DNA of 64,000 nucleotides. Origin: Camelus dromedarius. Lineage: Eukaryota. This document shows positions 25,425 to 39,215 of this stretch, in pieces. Below the pieces are notes generated by a model. It made no database searches and was not told where the DNA came from. It saw only the letters and a program-made list of their open reading frames with translations. Position 1 is the stretch's first letter; every line of letters begins with the position of its first letter. The stretch covers positions 16,742,001 to 16,806,000 of the forward strand of contig NC_087437.1 in NCBI RefSeq assembly GCF_036321535.1, given 5' to 3'. The translations under genes were made by a program, and so were the position numbers.

Positions 25425-25691
25425 ATTCAAAATAAACCAGAAAAGAAACCTGGAACACCTCTTCCACCTCCAGCCAACTTTCCAAGTAGTCCCCGACCTC
25501 TCTCCCCTGTTCCTCATGTGAATAATGTTGTGAAGGCAACATTATCTGTAAACATTCCACGGTTCTACTTTCCTGAAGGACTCCCCGACGCCTGCAGTAA
25601 TCATGAACAGACTTTAAGCAGAATTGAAAGTGCTTTCGTGGATATTGAAGATCAGAAAGCAGATATTTATGAAATGGGGAAAATTGCAAAG
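25425..25691 (+). CDS. PPP2R3A: First shared coding exon (IQNKPEKKPG...IPRFYFPEG...EMGKIAK), containing the B'' FYF motif
   Basis: Acceptor ttttccttccag|ATT, donor AAG|gtaatg; 267 nt, phase 0/0; FYF at 25563-25571. Confidence 0.96.
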
Positions 25692-25889
25692 GTAATGTAA
25701 CTGCTAAATATTGCATAGTCTCCCTTTCTCTAGCAATGTCAGCCTCCCTCTCTTTACTGCCTCCTTGCTATCTGTTTTTCAGCATGCATAGATTTATTTC
25801 CATATTGAAAAAATTTATTTGATGCTGATGTATCTTTAGCTATGGTCCTACTTCATGGAACTCTGAAGTTTAAAAAAAAATTTAAAAAA

Positions 25890-26400
25890 AACCTTAGTGG
25901 TCTCCCAGTCCAACCTCCCATTTAATACGGGAATTCCATCCATGACATCACTGGCATATATATTCATTATCTGCTTGAATGCTTTCAGTAGCAGGAAACT
26001 CACTGCCTTGCCAAGCAGCCTGTTCTATCATTAAATAGCCTTAGTTGTTAGAAAAATTTCCCTTGTGTTGAATACAGATCACTTTTTTTTGTTCTCGTTC
26101 ATTGATCATAACTATTTGCCCTGAAGCCAGACAAGGAACCTTTATGCCAACTCAACACAGTAATTCTTCCCAGAAATAAATGGATTTGCCACTAGGAAGC
26201 AAGTCTTTGATACTTTCCAGTATATCCAGATGCTTCTTATTTAAGATCTTAGCCCCGTATGCTAGAACTACTATAACATCTTCAGCAACTGGATCCTGTA
26301 CCCGCAGCCACCTCCTAGAACAGTTAATACTGAGCATAGCCATCCGTTTATATTTGAGCATGTCATTCCCTAGCTCAGCCATATTCAGAGATTCCTACCA
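25890..26400. mobile_element. L3/CR1-like ancient LINE fragment
   Basis: agtccaacctccc...ctgcttgaatgctttcagtagcaggaaactcactgcc...gcagcctgttc. Confidence 0.45.
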
Positions 26401-28282
26401 TCTATAGGGGTGTTTCGTTTGGGTTTTATTTTTGTCATGCACATATATTGAAGAGTCATATCATACCTCAGGAATTAACAGTGGTCTCAAGCTGTGCTTC
26501 AAGAAACAGAGGGGTTTAGTGGGCTAAGGGCTGTATATGGGCAAGTAAACACCAAGTGGGAGTTCCCAAGACCCCATGTACACTTCCACTCGGAATGGTT
26601 CCTCTGCTTTCAGGAATAATGTTTAGGTTGAAAATTACTGATTTTGAAGATGAAACCCAAACTACTGTTCCCTGAGTGAGCCTGACCCAGCTGCCCTCCC
26701 ACCGGCATGCTCTACATTTGGGCTCTCATAGTTGTCCCCTCCAAAATGGGCTTCCACTCTGCCAGCCCCAACATCATCCCTCCTCTGAGGCCCAGCTTCC
26801 GTCGTGTCCTGAGAGAAGTCCCTGAATCCCTGCCTCCTCTCTCCTACCTCTAACCTCAGACCGTTTGTTACTGCTGTTAAATAATTTGTAAATAAGAGTG
26901 ATTTTAAGGGAAATGAAAAATAATACTTTTTTATGCTTTTTTTCTTCATACCCCCGACTTAGAACTTGCTTGTTGACCCCTTAGATGTTTCTCATGAAAA
27001 ACAAACTCCTTCATTCCAGAAACAAGCGTTTACTTGTTTCCACTCTATTGTACATGTGAGGAAACTGAAATCCCACAAGTACTGACCTGAAGTCCCAGCA
27101 TCTGTCTGTCTCAGAAGTCCTCTTGACTCTTACATTGTGCTGTTTCTGCCATGTTGTCTCCCCTGAACATATGCTAACACATCATCAGCTAACTTCCAAG
27201 CTATATCCACCCAAATAAATTACAAGTTCTTTCAGGGCATTGGCATTTTCTTATCCAAAGCTTTGAGAGATGGCTATTTTAAGAGTCAAGATGGTAAATT
27301 ATTTGAAAATGGGCTGAAACGATGAATCTAAATCCAAAAGAGAATTTAGCAAGGATGAATGAAGTCTGCTTTTTGAGATAACATATTAATTGCATAAATG
27401 CTAACATGGTAACAGTCTGTGCAGCAGAAACAGGAGGTTTCATGGACTGCTTCAGGCAGGCAGACAAAGAGACACTATGCAGACTTAGGGACATAGTAGT
27501 TCCCTGGTGCTCTGCTGGGCTCCCCACATCTGGAGAACCAATCCAAGTGATTAGTGCCTTGCTGTCGGAGACCTGCTGTCTGCTCTGTCTTGAAGGTTTC
27601 TGGGCAGCCTTCCTCCTCTGAATACTCCCAGCCCCTGACTGAGGAGCCTCTCTGCCACCCTGCCTCCCTGCGCCTGCTCTGGCTCTCCCACCCTGTCTCA
27701 TGGTAGCTCTGCCCTGCTCTGTGGTGCAGTGGCCCGCCAGCACGCCACAGAATCAGTGAGAGGAGAGCAGAGCCAAGGACTCCACAGGTGGTCAAGGAAA
27801 GGGTAGGGAAGAGTGAGTCAAGTCAGGGGAGGAGTCTGCATGCTGGGGAGTCAGAGGAAGGACTGTCCTATTTACAGACAGTGAGGATCATTCTGTATGT
27901 GGCATCAGGAAAAGCTGCCAGTGGTGAAGCTGGCAACATAGAGAAGTTTAAAAAGATAGAAAACTATTTTGTTTGGCTATAAGAACAGTCATTTACATAA
28001 CAACTTACTGTTTATACCAAATCATCATGTGTCACAATAGCCAGTAAACACATACATGTCTGATTAACTTGTCTGAATTGGACTTGACTATAGCCCTAAA
28101 TTCCATTCAGAGGTGCTAAGCATTTGTGTTCATTGTTCCTAGACGTCTATTATCAGCTCAGGTAGCAGTGAGCTGCTCATACCTTTAAAAAGTCAAAATT
28201 AACATTGAATATAAAAATGGCAGATTTGTGGATAATGACCTTAGAAGATATCATGAGTGTATAGACTTGTAGTTTTGTTTTC

Positions 28283-29053
28283 TTTTTCTTTTTTTTTTTT
28301 TTTTACTTATAAATTCATTGATTTTTTAAAAAAATTTTATTGAAGTGTAGTTGATTCACAATGTTGGTTTCAAGTATACAGTCAAGTGATTCAGTTATAC
28401 ATATACATATATATTTTTTCTTTTCAGATCCTTTTCCATTATATGTTATTAACAAGAAATTGAATATACTTCCATGTGCTATGTAGTAGGTCCTTGTTGT
28501 TTATTTATTTTATATATAGTAATGTTTATCTGTTAATCTCCAAACCCTAATTTATCCCTCCCTGCCCTTTCCCCTTTGGTAACCATAGTTTGCTTTCTCT
28601 GTCTATGAAAGATTTGGTTTTTGGTTTGTAAATAGAATGTCTTTTTTTTTAGATTCCACATAAAAGTGGTATCATATGATATTTGTCTTTTTCTGTCTGA
28701 CTTACTCGATATGATAATCTTTAGGTCCATCCATGTTGCTGCATATGGCATTATTTCATTCTTTTTTATAGCTGAGTAATATTCCATTGTGTATGTGTGT
28801 GTGTGTGTGTGTACACAGCTTCCTTATCCAGTCATCTGTCAATGGACATTTAGGTTGTTTCCATGTCTTGGCTATTGTAAATAGTGCTGTTATGAACATT
28901 GGGGTGCAGGTGTGGAGAAAAAAGGAACCCTCCTACACTGTTGGTAGGAATGTAAATTGGTGCAGCCACTATGGATGACAGTATGAAGGTTCCTTAAGAA
29001 ACTAAAAATAAACTTACCATTTGATCCAGCAGTCCCACTCCTGGGTGTATATT
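28283..29053 (-). mobile_element. L1 insertion with 5' inversion (twin priming)
   Basis: Poly(T) then antisense L1 3' end to ~28909, then L1 sequence in the opposite orientation 28910-29051; TSD gttttgttttc at 28272-28282 and 29054-29064. Confidence 0.85.
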
Positions 29054-32000
29054 GTTTTGTTTTCAAACACTATATTAGGTCATTTTATTGGATTTTGCTT
29101 CTTTGTTCTCAAAATCATTTATTTTAAAAAAATTCGTTTAATCATATCTTCCAGCTCACTAATCCTGTGTAATCTAGCTCTTCCTTGGCCACGGCAGTCT
29201 GTTAGCACTCTCTGAACCAGCCCACTTTCTGCCCTTCTGTGCTCTGCAGACCAGTCCTCACCCCTGGGCAGCAGACCTGCGCCTGCAGCACTCGGGCTCA
29301 TGTGCTCATGTTCTCACTGCAGGCTGGCTGTAGGAAAAGGAAAGACAAAGGGCAAGGAGGTGGTCAGGGCAATAAATGAACATTTTTATGGATTCTTGTG
29401 GTTTATAAAGCTATTTGGATGGCCAGCTTGAGTTTACAGTCTACCCTGAGTGATAATTAAGTGTGGCTCAATTGGGGATCTGTTTTTAAGTGCAAAGAAA
29501 ACTCTGTGTGTATGAAGTATGTGTCTGGAGAAGAAATGAATAGAGAATGAATCTGAGAGGGACAAAAGCAGCGTAGGAACAGAAACTGAGGAACAGCCAG
29601 GAAAGTACTTGTCACCATTGAGTTTTAGCGTCTATCAGAAAGTTGAGGGGAAAGCATAGAACTGTCTTCTGACCGGTGCAAAGCCCCCACCTCTTCTCAT
29701 TGGCTGATGTAGCACCATCTTGACCCATCATGCCTGTGGCCTGGAGGGTAGCTTCTCTGTACCTTTATTTCTTCATCTGCAGAATGGGGTAAAAATGCCT
29801 GCCTTCTCTGTATGGGATCGTGTCAGGACCCAATGAAACAGCAAGCGTGAGACATCTTTAAATGTTAAAGAACATTACAAATATTGGGCAGTCATCTCTT
29901 TCTGAGTATCATTAGATAACCTTGCTGTCAGTTCTTTATGTTGTGGCCCATTCTCAGATCAAATTATAGGTATTAATCGGGTTTCCTTTGCTCCAGTGGC
30001 TTGGATTGCCACACTCTGACTCTTGCCTCCTCCTCTAGACATAAGTTTCCTGAACCCACTTTCAGCGTGTCCTGTGCCTCCTCACTTGTGTCCGTTCTTT
30101 TCCTTTGTAAAAAATCATGGCACGGGCTTGTTCTCTCCTTTGTTATAAAGGCCTATATTCTGTTGCCCTCAGATTTATAGCATTTACTTTTTTAGTTTTT
30201 TATTGATCTCCTGACTCCCTTTATCTTAATTCTTTGTTTTTAAGCAGATGCAGGCCAGTCCTGCATTTCTAAAAAATGGTCAGAGTGTAATGTCTGCAGC
30301 CCTTGCCATCCACTGTCCTTCCAGTTTCCCTTTGGCATTTTCTCCAAGGGCCTGATACCCCTCATGCTGCCCGATGCTTGGCTACTCAGGGTGCCCCATA
30401 CCAGAAAAACAGGGCAGCCCTTTCCCATCTCCTTTAGACATATCTGGTCTGTGCCTTACCTCTTAGAATTCTGCCTTTGGATCATAGTAAATTTGTAAGT
30501 GTTAATCTCGGTGATTCACTACTCTTTACGAGCTGACGTGTATGCACTTTAACGGGAGTCTTCTGGATAAAAGACCGTAATCCAAGGGTATGAAAATTGT
30601 TTAACAGTGGAAGTAGCCCCACGGAAGGTGGTAAGTACACAGCCCCTGGGGTGTTTCAGCTGAGCTGGTGACCACTCCCCCAGGTTGAGCTGGAAGATTC
30701 CTAATCTCTTCCAATTCTGAAAAATCCATAGTGACTCTAATGGTAGGAGCCTCAAGCACTTTGGCAGGCCAGTTCCAATCCCTCCCTGTATTTTCTGTCT
30801 GCTGGCGGCTCTGCACCCCTACCTCCATTATACAGACTTTCAGCTTTCCCAGCAGCTGCCAATACCCTGCCACATCTAAGAGCATTTTCTTGGTAAAGTA
30901 CAGACTCCGGATGAAAGAGAACATTGGGATTGGGGAAAGTGGATTTGACAGTTACCACCCAAAGTATATTAATTGTGAGCTTTGTACCTTGGCAATCATA
31001 ATTTACACAATAAACAAAATCCATTTGGTTGCTAAGCAACACCTTTCCCTCATTCTTGACCTCAGTGGAGGTATTTGACCTCTGGACTTAAGAAATCTTA
31101 AATTCCACCCTGCTTGCAGAACATGCTTTAGTGGCCCTGGCAGAAGCAACCTCTTATTTCTGCCCTGTACTTATCTCCCTTGGCTTGAATCTCCCCATCC
31201 ATATCCTCATCTCTGACAGGAACCCAGCAGCCCTGGGCATTCTCAGTATAAGTAATCTCAGACAGGGCATTCTTCAGGCTTCTGTGGGGACCTCCCCCCC
31301 CCAGCCCCGTGCACTGAGGCCTCACACCAGGAGCAACTTCACCTGAACCTAATGTGGATTCACATCAAGTCAGCTGCCAGAGGAGAAACCTCCTGTCATA
31401 GGATGATGAAGATTCAGTAGATCCTGTATCTAATATGAATAATAAGAATATCTTTATCCAATAACAAGATGTGACTCTTTCAAGAGCTTCAGATTTGTGA
31501 CTGTGTTTTATGTGTGTATACAAAACTGGCAACATTTGAAGACTATTTCTCTGCTAATATATAGATATTATTATTACTTAGAGGTAAAGATTTCTCCTGT
31601 GGGTAAAAAGCACATAAATTTGGTAAGAACTCTTATAAGAGTATGAGAATAACATTTTAATTGAAATTAAAACCTTTTTATTAAGGAGGAAAAAGAGCAT
31701 TACCTTTTAAGATATTGTCTTTTAGTTCTTCCTAAGGCTTGTATAATATGTAGTCATTTGTGGTGTCTTCTAATATATAAATAAAGGATAGCATTTTAAT
31801 TTTTACCTTTCACTTTCACCTGAATTGTAAAGTTAAATAGATTTAAATAGATCTGATAACTATTTTCTTGAACAGACCAGGCTTTTCTGGTTCTTCTTGA
31901 ACCTGGGGCTTGACATAATAAACAAAGGAGAGAGAGGGGAATAGGTGGGAGAGTGCATTGACACCCAGCGACCAAGCAATGAAGGTGGCCTTTTTTTCTG

Positions 32001-32395
32001 CCATAGGAAGGAAGGGCATATACAACCATGACATTCAGTCATTTCTTTCTCTTCCTAATGGTAGGAAATATATGATGTAAGAGTGGTAGGAAGGAAGGGA
32101 GACCGGTTGCTTTAACTATCAGGATAGTGGAAAGGAACATCACCGTAAATGAACTTGAAGAAAAGGTAAATGGATTTGCATTTTCTTCATTAAACATGTC
32201 ACCTTCTCATTTTGTTTCCCCTCTGTCCCTCTGAATCTACCCTAGCTGATGTGTTTGCCTCTGCCCCAGTTTTGCTGATCCAAGGGTCCTCTGTCCAGTG
32301 TGGCGTGAAGGGTAAAAGCCTCAAAGGCCCTTTCTTTGTCCATGTCATCTCTTCACTGCCCCTTGGCTCACGCTGTATTTGTGTTTTGTTTGCAG

Positions 32396-32499
32396 GTCTG
32401 CGGCTGTCCTCTCTATTGGAAAGCCCCTATGTTCAGGGCTGCAGGGGGAGAGAGGACTGGGTTTGTGTCAGCACAGTCATTCGTCGCCATGTGGAGAAA
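32396..32499 (+). CDS. PPP2R3A: Coding exon (VCGCPLYWKAPMFRAAGGERTGFVSAQSFVAMWR[K])
   Basis: Acceptor gttttgtttgcag|GTC, donor AA|gtaagt; 104 nt, phase 0/2. Confidence 0.95.
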
Positions 32500-34768
32500 G
32501 TAAGTGTGAGCAGTTACTCAGGCTTGGCAAAGAATTGCCTGGTCCTCATGACGTGCTTTACAAAGGTCACTTATTTTACTCATTTATTAATTTTCCCCTT
32601 ACCCTTTATTTCAACAAGTAAAATTCAGTGATTCACAACTTTTTATGCCTACACACAAATTCTTTCCATAAGCCTTTATCTTATACGGCTCTAATCAGTA
32701 AAGCAGATCTTTATAAATACTTCTTTAATAAATATTTGATGGTTTCTTAGTTTCACTTATTAAATTTGAGTCTTAGGGTTTGACTCTGATAGCATGTGTC
32801 ATGTAAAAAATACAGCTTCCACTCTCATATGGTCCAGTTTAGAATTATATCTAGTTGATTTATTTAAAATAACTGAATTCTAATAGAGTTTAATCATTAC
32901 TTTTTGAAAGCTCCAGTTAAGGAGCAAATGAGTAGAATGTTTCACGAGACTCTTGGATTTTAACATCCTGACAAGTTTTCTTGAATTCAAACTCAAGTTT
33001 CTTCCTTCTTTTATTTTTTTCTGCCTTCTTTCTTCTTTAGAAATTATTTCTTGTTGTATTTCCACAATTTAAGAGAGTGTTATAGCTTGCCCCTTCTACT
33101 TCTTGTAACTAATCAGTCTTCCTTACATATATTCTTCTCACCATTTCTGGGCTAGATACCCTTCCTGGTGAACTTTTGGGAAATGCTACTCACCTACCAT
33201 CATCATAATTTAAAATCAACATATGATAGCAAAATTCAGCTTACAGATTCCTTCAATCCTTTTATGCCACCTAAAAGCCGTTAGTTAGCCCTTAGTATAA
33301 TGCTTGAGAACATAATAGGTGATTAATAAGTATATTCTTATTTCTAAAAATTTGGTAGCAAATTGAATTCATCAAGTTCTTAGAATAGAACTAAAGTGAT
33401 CAGGGCATATAAGACTACCAGTTAATGGACTTCTTTTAAAGAACAACATCAAAGCTAAAAGTTACAAATGTTTCACGTTTTCCAGTTAAATTTTAGTCAG
33501 TTTGTACAGGGAGTAGTTGTAAATTGTCTGCATAGCAAGGGCTAAAATGGTGCTAGGAGAATCATTTCTCATAGAACAGCAGGATGACACTCCAAAGTCA
33601 GGGCCGTGGTCACTATTTCACCTCCCCTATGGCAAATAGGAAATGGCTGGATAAAAATCTAAAAAATGCCTTTTTTTTTTCCTGTGTGTGGGTAAGTAGT
33701 CATAAAAGTAAAAGAATTCCTTGGAGTCTGGAATTAGCAAAAAAGCACTAATTAGCAGGAGTAAACCGGTAAAGGAATTGGCATTTGCCATTGAGGTATT
33801 TATCTTTGGTGTTCTGGCAGCCTAGAACTTGAGGGAAGAAAATAGAACCGAGGGCCTGAGCAATAGAGGGGTCAGCTTGGATTCCCTACCCTTTCCCCAC
33901 TGGTAAAGCCAGGACTTCAGCTGGGTGGTCTGCCTATCTGTTATTATTACTGTTGTTATTTGAAATCAGCATGTAACAGTAGAGGAATTGAAGAACTTGA
34001 AATGTGTAGATGTTCCAACTTTCATTCAGCTAGCCTCTCCCCTGTGGTAGGTGCCAGGCCCTGAAAAGGCCTCAGCTGGAGTGTGAACCAGAAAGAGCTG
34101 TTTTACACAGCCACTGAGTTCAGCACTGTTGGCAGAAATCATCTGACCATCTGAGAAAGCAGCAAGATATGAGTTATGGTTGTTTAAGAGAAAGCTTTGA
34201 ATAAGCTAGGAGATTGAAAAAAGGAAGTAGTGCAGTCTATAAATGATTAGAGCCAGAGAGAAGAGCTGAAACTGCTTACATTCTAAGTTATTTTGAATAT
34301 GCTAGGACCCTATGTTAGTGAGTCTGAGGCTGACTGTAGCAAAGGAAAACTAGTAATCAACTTGTTTAGCTACAATTAACTATATAATGTTAAGGAGGGT
34401 AACAGCCAGGTTTTTGGTTTTTGGGGGTATTTTTGTCTTAAGATATTTGTGTCACCGAGATAGGATGGCCATTTATGTTGGTGGGCAGAGCAGCAGCAGC
34501 ACCCACACAGATGTATTCCTTTATTGAGATGAATCATTTTCGTTTGCTCTCTAAGGAAAAGAGATTCCTGCAAAAGGCAGAAGGGGAAAAAAAAGACATG
34601 GAACACAAGTCTTCACTTTCAGTTACTGCAGGAAACTGCTTATGAAGTTACATAGCATGAGCAACTGTCCCTATCTTTTTCATTAAAAAAAAAAAATCCC
34701 ATGAATGGATATGTGAAATATCTCTGTATTAAAGCTTTAATCTTCTGGCTAGATACTATAATGACTGG

Positions 34769-34784
34769 AGCGCCCTCTAGTGGG
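34769..34784 (-). promoter_or_regulatory. CTCF core motif
   Basis: Reverse complement of gcgccctctagtgg = CCACTAGAGGGCGC, matching consensus CCASYAGRKGGCRS, with intact CpG. Confidence 0.6.
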
Positions 34785-35525
34785 AATTCCTTCTAAGCAC
34801 TTAAAAAGCATTTTAAAAACCAGGGTGCTTTAAAGGAGACCCAACTATGGCTATGTTGGGAGACTAAGCAACTAAGCATGATGATTTGAATTACCACACT
34901 GACCTGGAAGAAGACATTTGTTTATTTTTGTAATTTTTTACAAATTGTACCCTTTGCATAAAGTGACTTGGATCCAAGTATAATATATTAAAACTTTCAA
35001 GTACAAAAAATAACTGGCAGATGATGCAGAATTAAAATATATTGGCGTATACATATACATGCTGACTTGCTCCAATAATAGGCTTTATATAATCTTGAGG
35101 GAAAAGTCAAATACGAAAATCCCAGCATAACAGAAATAATTTGCCTCCTGTCACAGTGCTCATGGGGTGGAGGCTTCTGAGGCCTCCAGGTGGTTTGAGG
35201 ATGAACCCCTCCACCTTCCCCTACCTCTGCACCCGCTCCCTTCCCCACTCTGCTGCCTGTTTCATATCTGTACTCTGACATCTGCTTCTCTTACAGTCAA
35301 GACATTTTTAGGGGAAAGACATTGCTCCACAGCTTTTCCATTTGAGCTCCTGGTTTGCCAGCCTTGTGGCAAAGCTCCTCTCAGACAGAGCCAGAAATGT
35401 CACTCCAGCTTTTTTATGCTTTACTTTCTCTTACCTTTTCACACCAACGTGTCATTTGTCCGTTAACAAAACAGTGTTTTGTCTTAAGAGCTCTGGAAGA
35501 CACCAGTTTAGAATAACCACGTTTA

Positions 35526-35658
35526 GGGGAAGGATATAGCTCAAGTGGCAGAGCACATGCTCAGCACCCAAAAGGCCAGGGGTTCAATCCCCAGTAGCTC
35601 CCCCAAGGGGAAATGAATGAAGAAAGCTAATCACCTCCCCCTCATAAAACAAACAATA
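35526..35658 (+). mobile_element. tRNA-derived SINE (same family, more diverged)
   Basis: A/B boxes; TSD agaataaccacgttta (35510-35525) / aaaataactacattta (35659-35674). Confidence 0.8.
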
Positions 35659-36119
35659 AAAATAACTACATTTACCTTCTTTCTCCAGCTTTCACAACCT
35701 TTATTATTTCTTTTTCTCCTGCCATATAGAGTTCACTAGCCACTAGCATTGGCAAGAATAGTAATTCACCTTTTCTTTCTGTTTCATGCTTCTGATAGTA
35801 AAAGGTCATACCTGCGTTGACTTTTCCTTCTCAGAGTATCTGTCATATCTGTGCAGGTTTTATTTAGTGGTGCTGTCCTTTCTTCATAAAAGCACTGCTT
35901 TCCAAAGACTTCGCTGTCTTTTTGTTGTGATCATCCCACCCATTTTCTAAACCTAAGAGGTGGTTCCCATCAGCACCTACTGCACTAATCTTTTTGTGAA
36001 ACATAGATTTATTTAACTTTGGGAGTCTTAGCATGCTGAAAAGTGATACAGAGAGTAAATATAAAGATCATTCTGTGGCTTTAATAATCACAAATGAAGA
36101 CAGTTAAGTGTACATCTGT

Positions 36120-37740
36120 TAGACAGATCACAACCATTTTTTGAAAATCTTCTATGTGAAAATGACTATGCAGGGTGCTAAGGAAAAAAAAAAGCTTAAA
36201 CTTTACCCTTTAGGTGCCAGAGAAATAAAAAAAAAAAAAGCTCATGGTACAATGGAATACATAACACATATAAATTAAATAGCACAAAGATCAAGAAGAA
36301 ATTTAGTTGTCAGAGAAGGCTTTTTGAAAGAGGTGAGTTATTAGCTGGACCTTAAAGTATAGCCAGCATTCAGGTGGCAGAGTTGGGAGGGGCGGGGTTC
36401 TGGGAAAGCAGAACAGCGTGAGAAAGGGCACCCAGGCAGGAGTGCACATGGCACCTTCAGAGGAGAGTAGGTCAGGCCAGCTGCCTGGAGGGGAAATTGC
36501 GTTTAGCCAAGTGGTGAGATAGGTAGGTGGGCAGGCTCTAGCCTAACAGGGAGGGCCCTAAATGCCCAGCACAGACATTTAGACTTACTCATGTAAGTGG
36601 TAGAAAGCTACCTTACAGTTTTGGAAAAGGGAGTTACATGATCAGAGAATGTTTCAGAATGATGGATTGTCCATGATACAAGGTTGGATGAACACTGAAG
36701 CCTATTATGACCCTTTTCCCTTCTGGAAGTCTCAGGGTGGAGTAATAAGACCCTGGACTTGGTGGTAAAATGGAACTAGGAAGGAAGGAATGCTTATCTA
36801 GAATGTTTTGAGGAAATATTCCTCAGGACTGCAGTATTTCCATCTTGGATTCCAAGCACTTAGTGGTCCAAGCTAGAGACCTGGGAGTCATCATGGATTT
36901 CCCCCTGTTACCCCTCCACACATACCAACTACCATGTCCTTGCGTTTCAACCATATCTGCCCCCTTCTCTTCATCGCCCACTGCCAGTATCCATGCTCAA
37001 GCCCTTGGTTGGGTTTTTGCTTAATATTTCTGAAAAACACATCTGATCATGTCACTGTTCGAGTTGAAATTCTTCTGTGGAGTAGGCTGAAGTCTAGGCT
37101 TCTTGACCTAATGTAAAGGGCCTCCAGGATCCGATCCTGCATGCTCATGTCCCCGTCCCTTACCACCCCTGCACTTGCAGAGATAATCTAGGCACTCTCA
37201 CGCCGGCATTTGTACTTGCGACCCTCTTAATCCACAGCAGCCCGGTTTCCTATTTCACCTATTCGGGGAATCTCACTGGCCCTCTCGTGTCCTTCCATGA
37301 CAACCTGTGCGTATTACATCTGTGGTGGCTGTCACACAGGGGTATAATCTTATTGGTGTAGCTCTCTCACTAGACTGTAAGCTCCTTACAGGGCATAATG
37401 CCATGTCTCATTTTCTTTGTATCCCAAGTATCCGCAGGCCAGACTCAGTATCTGGCATACAATTAACATGCAATAAATGATTAAGGAAGGAAAACAGAAA
37501 ATTTGAAGACTAATTGAATGTGGACAATAAGGAAGAGAAATAGGTCTAAAATGACTTCAAATTTTCAAGCCCAGGTAACTCATGGTGGTACCACTATTAA
37601 CAAAAATAGACATCCATGAAAAGTACTGACTTTGAGAGGAGGATTCTAAATTTGGTTTTTGAAATTTTGACTTTGCTGTCAGAGTATAGTATCCAAATAG
37701 AAATTTCCAGCAATTAGTTGGACATGAGGAATTCTTAGAG
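36120..37740. mobile_element. Antisense L2 interrupted by a sense L2 3' fragment (~36830-37490)
   Basis: Purine-rich L2(-) to ~36825; L2(+) ctgggagtcatc...actagactgtaagctcc...tctggcataca...aataaatg; L2(-) resumes ~37500. Confidence 0.6.
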
Positions 37741-38216
37741 CTTGGAGTCTTAATAGGACTTTTTTTTCCCTTAAGCCCGGTCCTTCAAAGTCTAATTTCA
37801 AAAGCCCCCTATCAGTTTGGTCCTGAGTATGTCTGCCAACCTGGGCAAACACGTTTATGTCTTAGGTGGTGCACAGTGGTTCCTCCTGGTAGGCAATTCT
37901 GGAACTCTGGATCCAGATGTCCTGAGCTAAACCTGAGCAGACATTCTCCTTCAAGTGTATTTTTACCTGTGGTCTCAGAAGCATTCTACAAAAATAATAT
38001 ACCATCTTGTTGTTGAGCTTTTACTAAAATGGCCCTTTTAATAATTTCTTGAAAAAAATCAAGAGCATGGAAAAAAATAATTTTTTTAATCATTGTAAGG
38101 AAAGCACTTGATTCTTGACCTTGATGGCCTTCTGATCAGACCAGAATTACCAAGTACTGATGTTGTAGTCATTGTTCACAGTAGCCAGTCTTCCTAAGCT
38201 GTTGTTTCTTTTATAG

Positions 38217-38319
38217 GTTGCTGAGTAACCATCACGATGATGCCTCTAAGTTTATCTGTCTTCTAGCAAAGCCCAGCTGCAGCTCTCTAGAACAGGATGA
38301 TTTTATTCCTTTACTTCAG
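38217..38319 (+). CDS. PPP2R3A: Coding exon ([K]LLSNHHDDASKFICLLAKPSCSSLEQDDFIPLLQ)
   Basis: Acceptor gtttcttttatag|G, donor CAG|gtaatt; 103 nt, phase 2/0, restores the frame after the 104-nt exon. Confidence 0.95.
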
Positions 38320-38999
38320 GTAATTTTCATTTCCTTTTTAAAATGGGTTTCATTTTTAGAGTTTCAGAGGTTTTTCAACTGTAAGATGTGTCAATTGAGA
38401 TATACAAATCTAGAGGTCAGATTTCTAAAAGAGTGGTTTCCAGACTTGTTTTAGCAGTGAAATCCTTTTGTTAAGTGGAAATTAATGTAGAACCCGTAGT
38501 ACAAAACAGGTAACAGAGCGCTCCTTCCGCTGAAGCAGAAGAGAAGGGCCACTCAGCCTCCCCCTTGGCCACCCACAGCAATCACGGAAGCACCTTGTGA
38601 AACCAGGCATTTGGCCTAGTTAGCTGAGTTGACCTTTGTTAAGGTTAAGAGAAAGAGAGCTCCAACAGAAAGAGCCGACCTGGGGAGTATTTTTATCCAG
38701 GCCTTCTGATGAGAATCAGTTGCACGCCAATATTGGAGCTGTTTTTACTGCAGCATTCTTTGTTACATATATTTCTTGTCAGTATTCTTAATTTCATGTC
38801 TAAATACTCAGTTTTCCTAAGAAGCTCACAAATTTTTTGAAGCTAAGGTCTGCCTTTCGTTTCTGTTGAATGCATATCATTGTTTTAGTTGTTCTAGTAA
38901 ATCCTTGTTGACTGTTGGTAAGGATGCCTAAAGAAAGGCAAAAAAATACATTGACATACTTGGGGTTTTTTAAGTTGTATTCATGTCTACCGGGGTTTT

Positions 39000-39215
39000 T
39001 TTTTTTTGTAGATTTTTGTTGAACTATAACATACACACACAAAAAGACACACAAGTCATAGTGCATCAATCAGTTGATTTTCACAATGTGAGCACATCTG
39101 TGTAAGTAGCACCCAGATCAAGAAGCAGAACATTACCAGCACCCCTAAAGCTTCCCCTGCTCCCTCCTGATCACTGCTGCCCCGGGGAACCACTGTCCTG
39201 ACTTCTAACACCATA
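39000..39215 (-). mobile_element. Old L1 (L1ME/MD) 3' end
   Basis: gcacccagatcaagaagcagaacattaccagcaccc...aaccactgtcctgacttctaacacc. Confidence 0.7.

Noticed and set aside
27279..27795. Overlapping 154-aa and 106-aa minus-strand ORFs
   Set aside because: No recognisable homology or splice context; expected by chance in a locally GC-richer stretch
32212..32631. 139-aa ORF spanning an exon
   Set aside because: Non-ATG start and a different frame from the true exon, whose frame is fixed by splice phases and B'' homology
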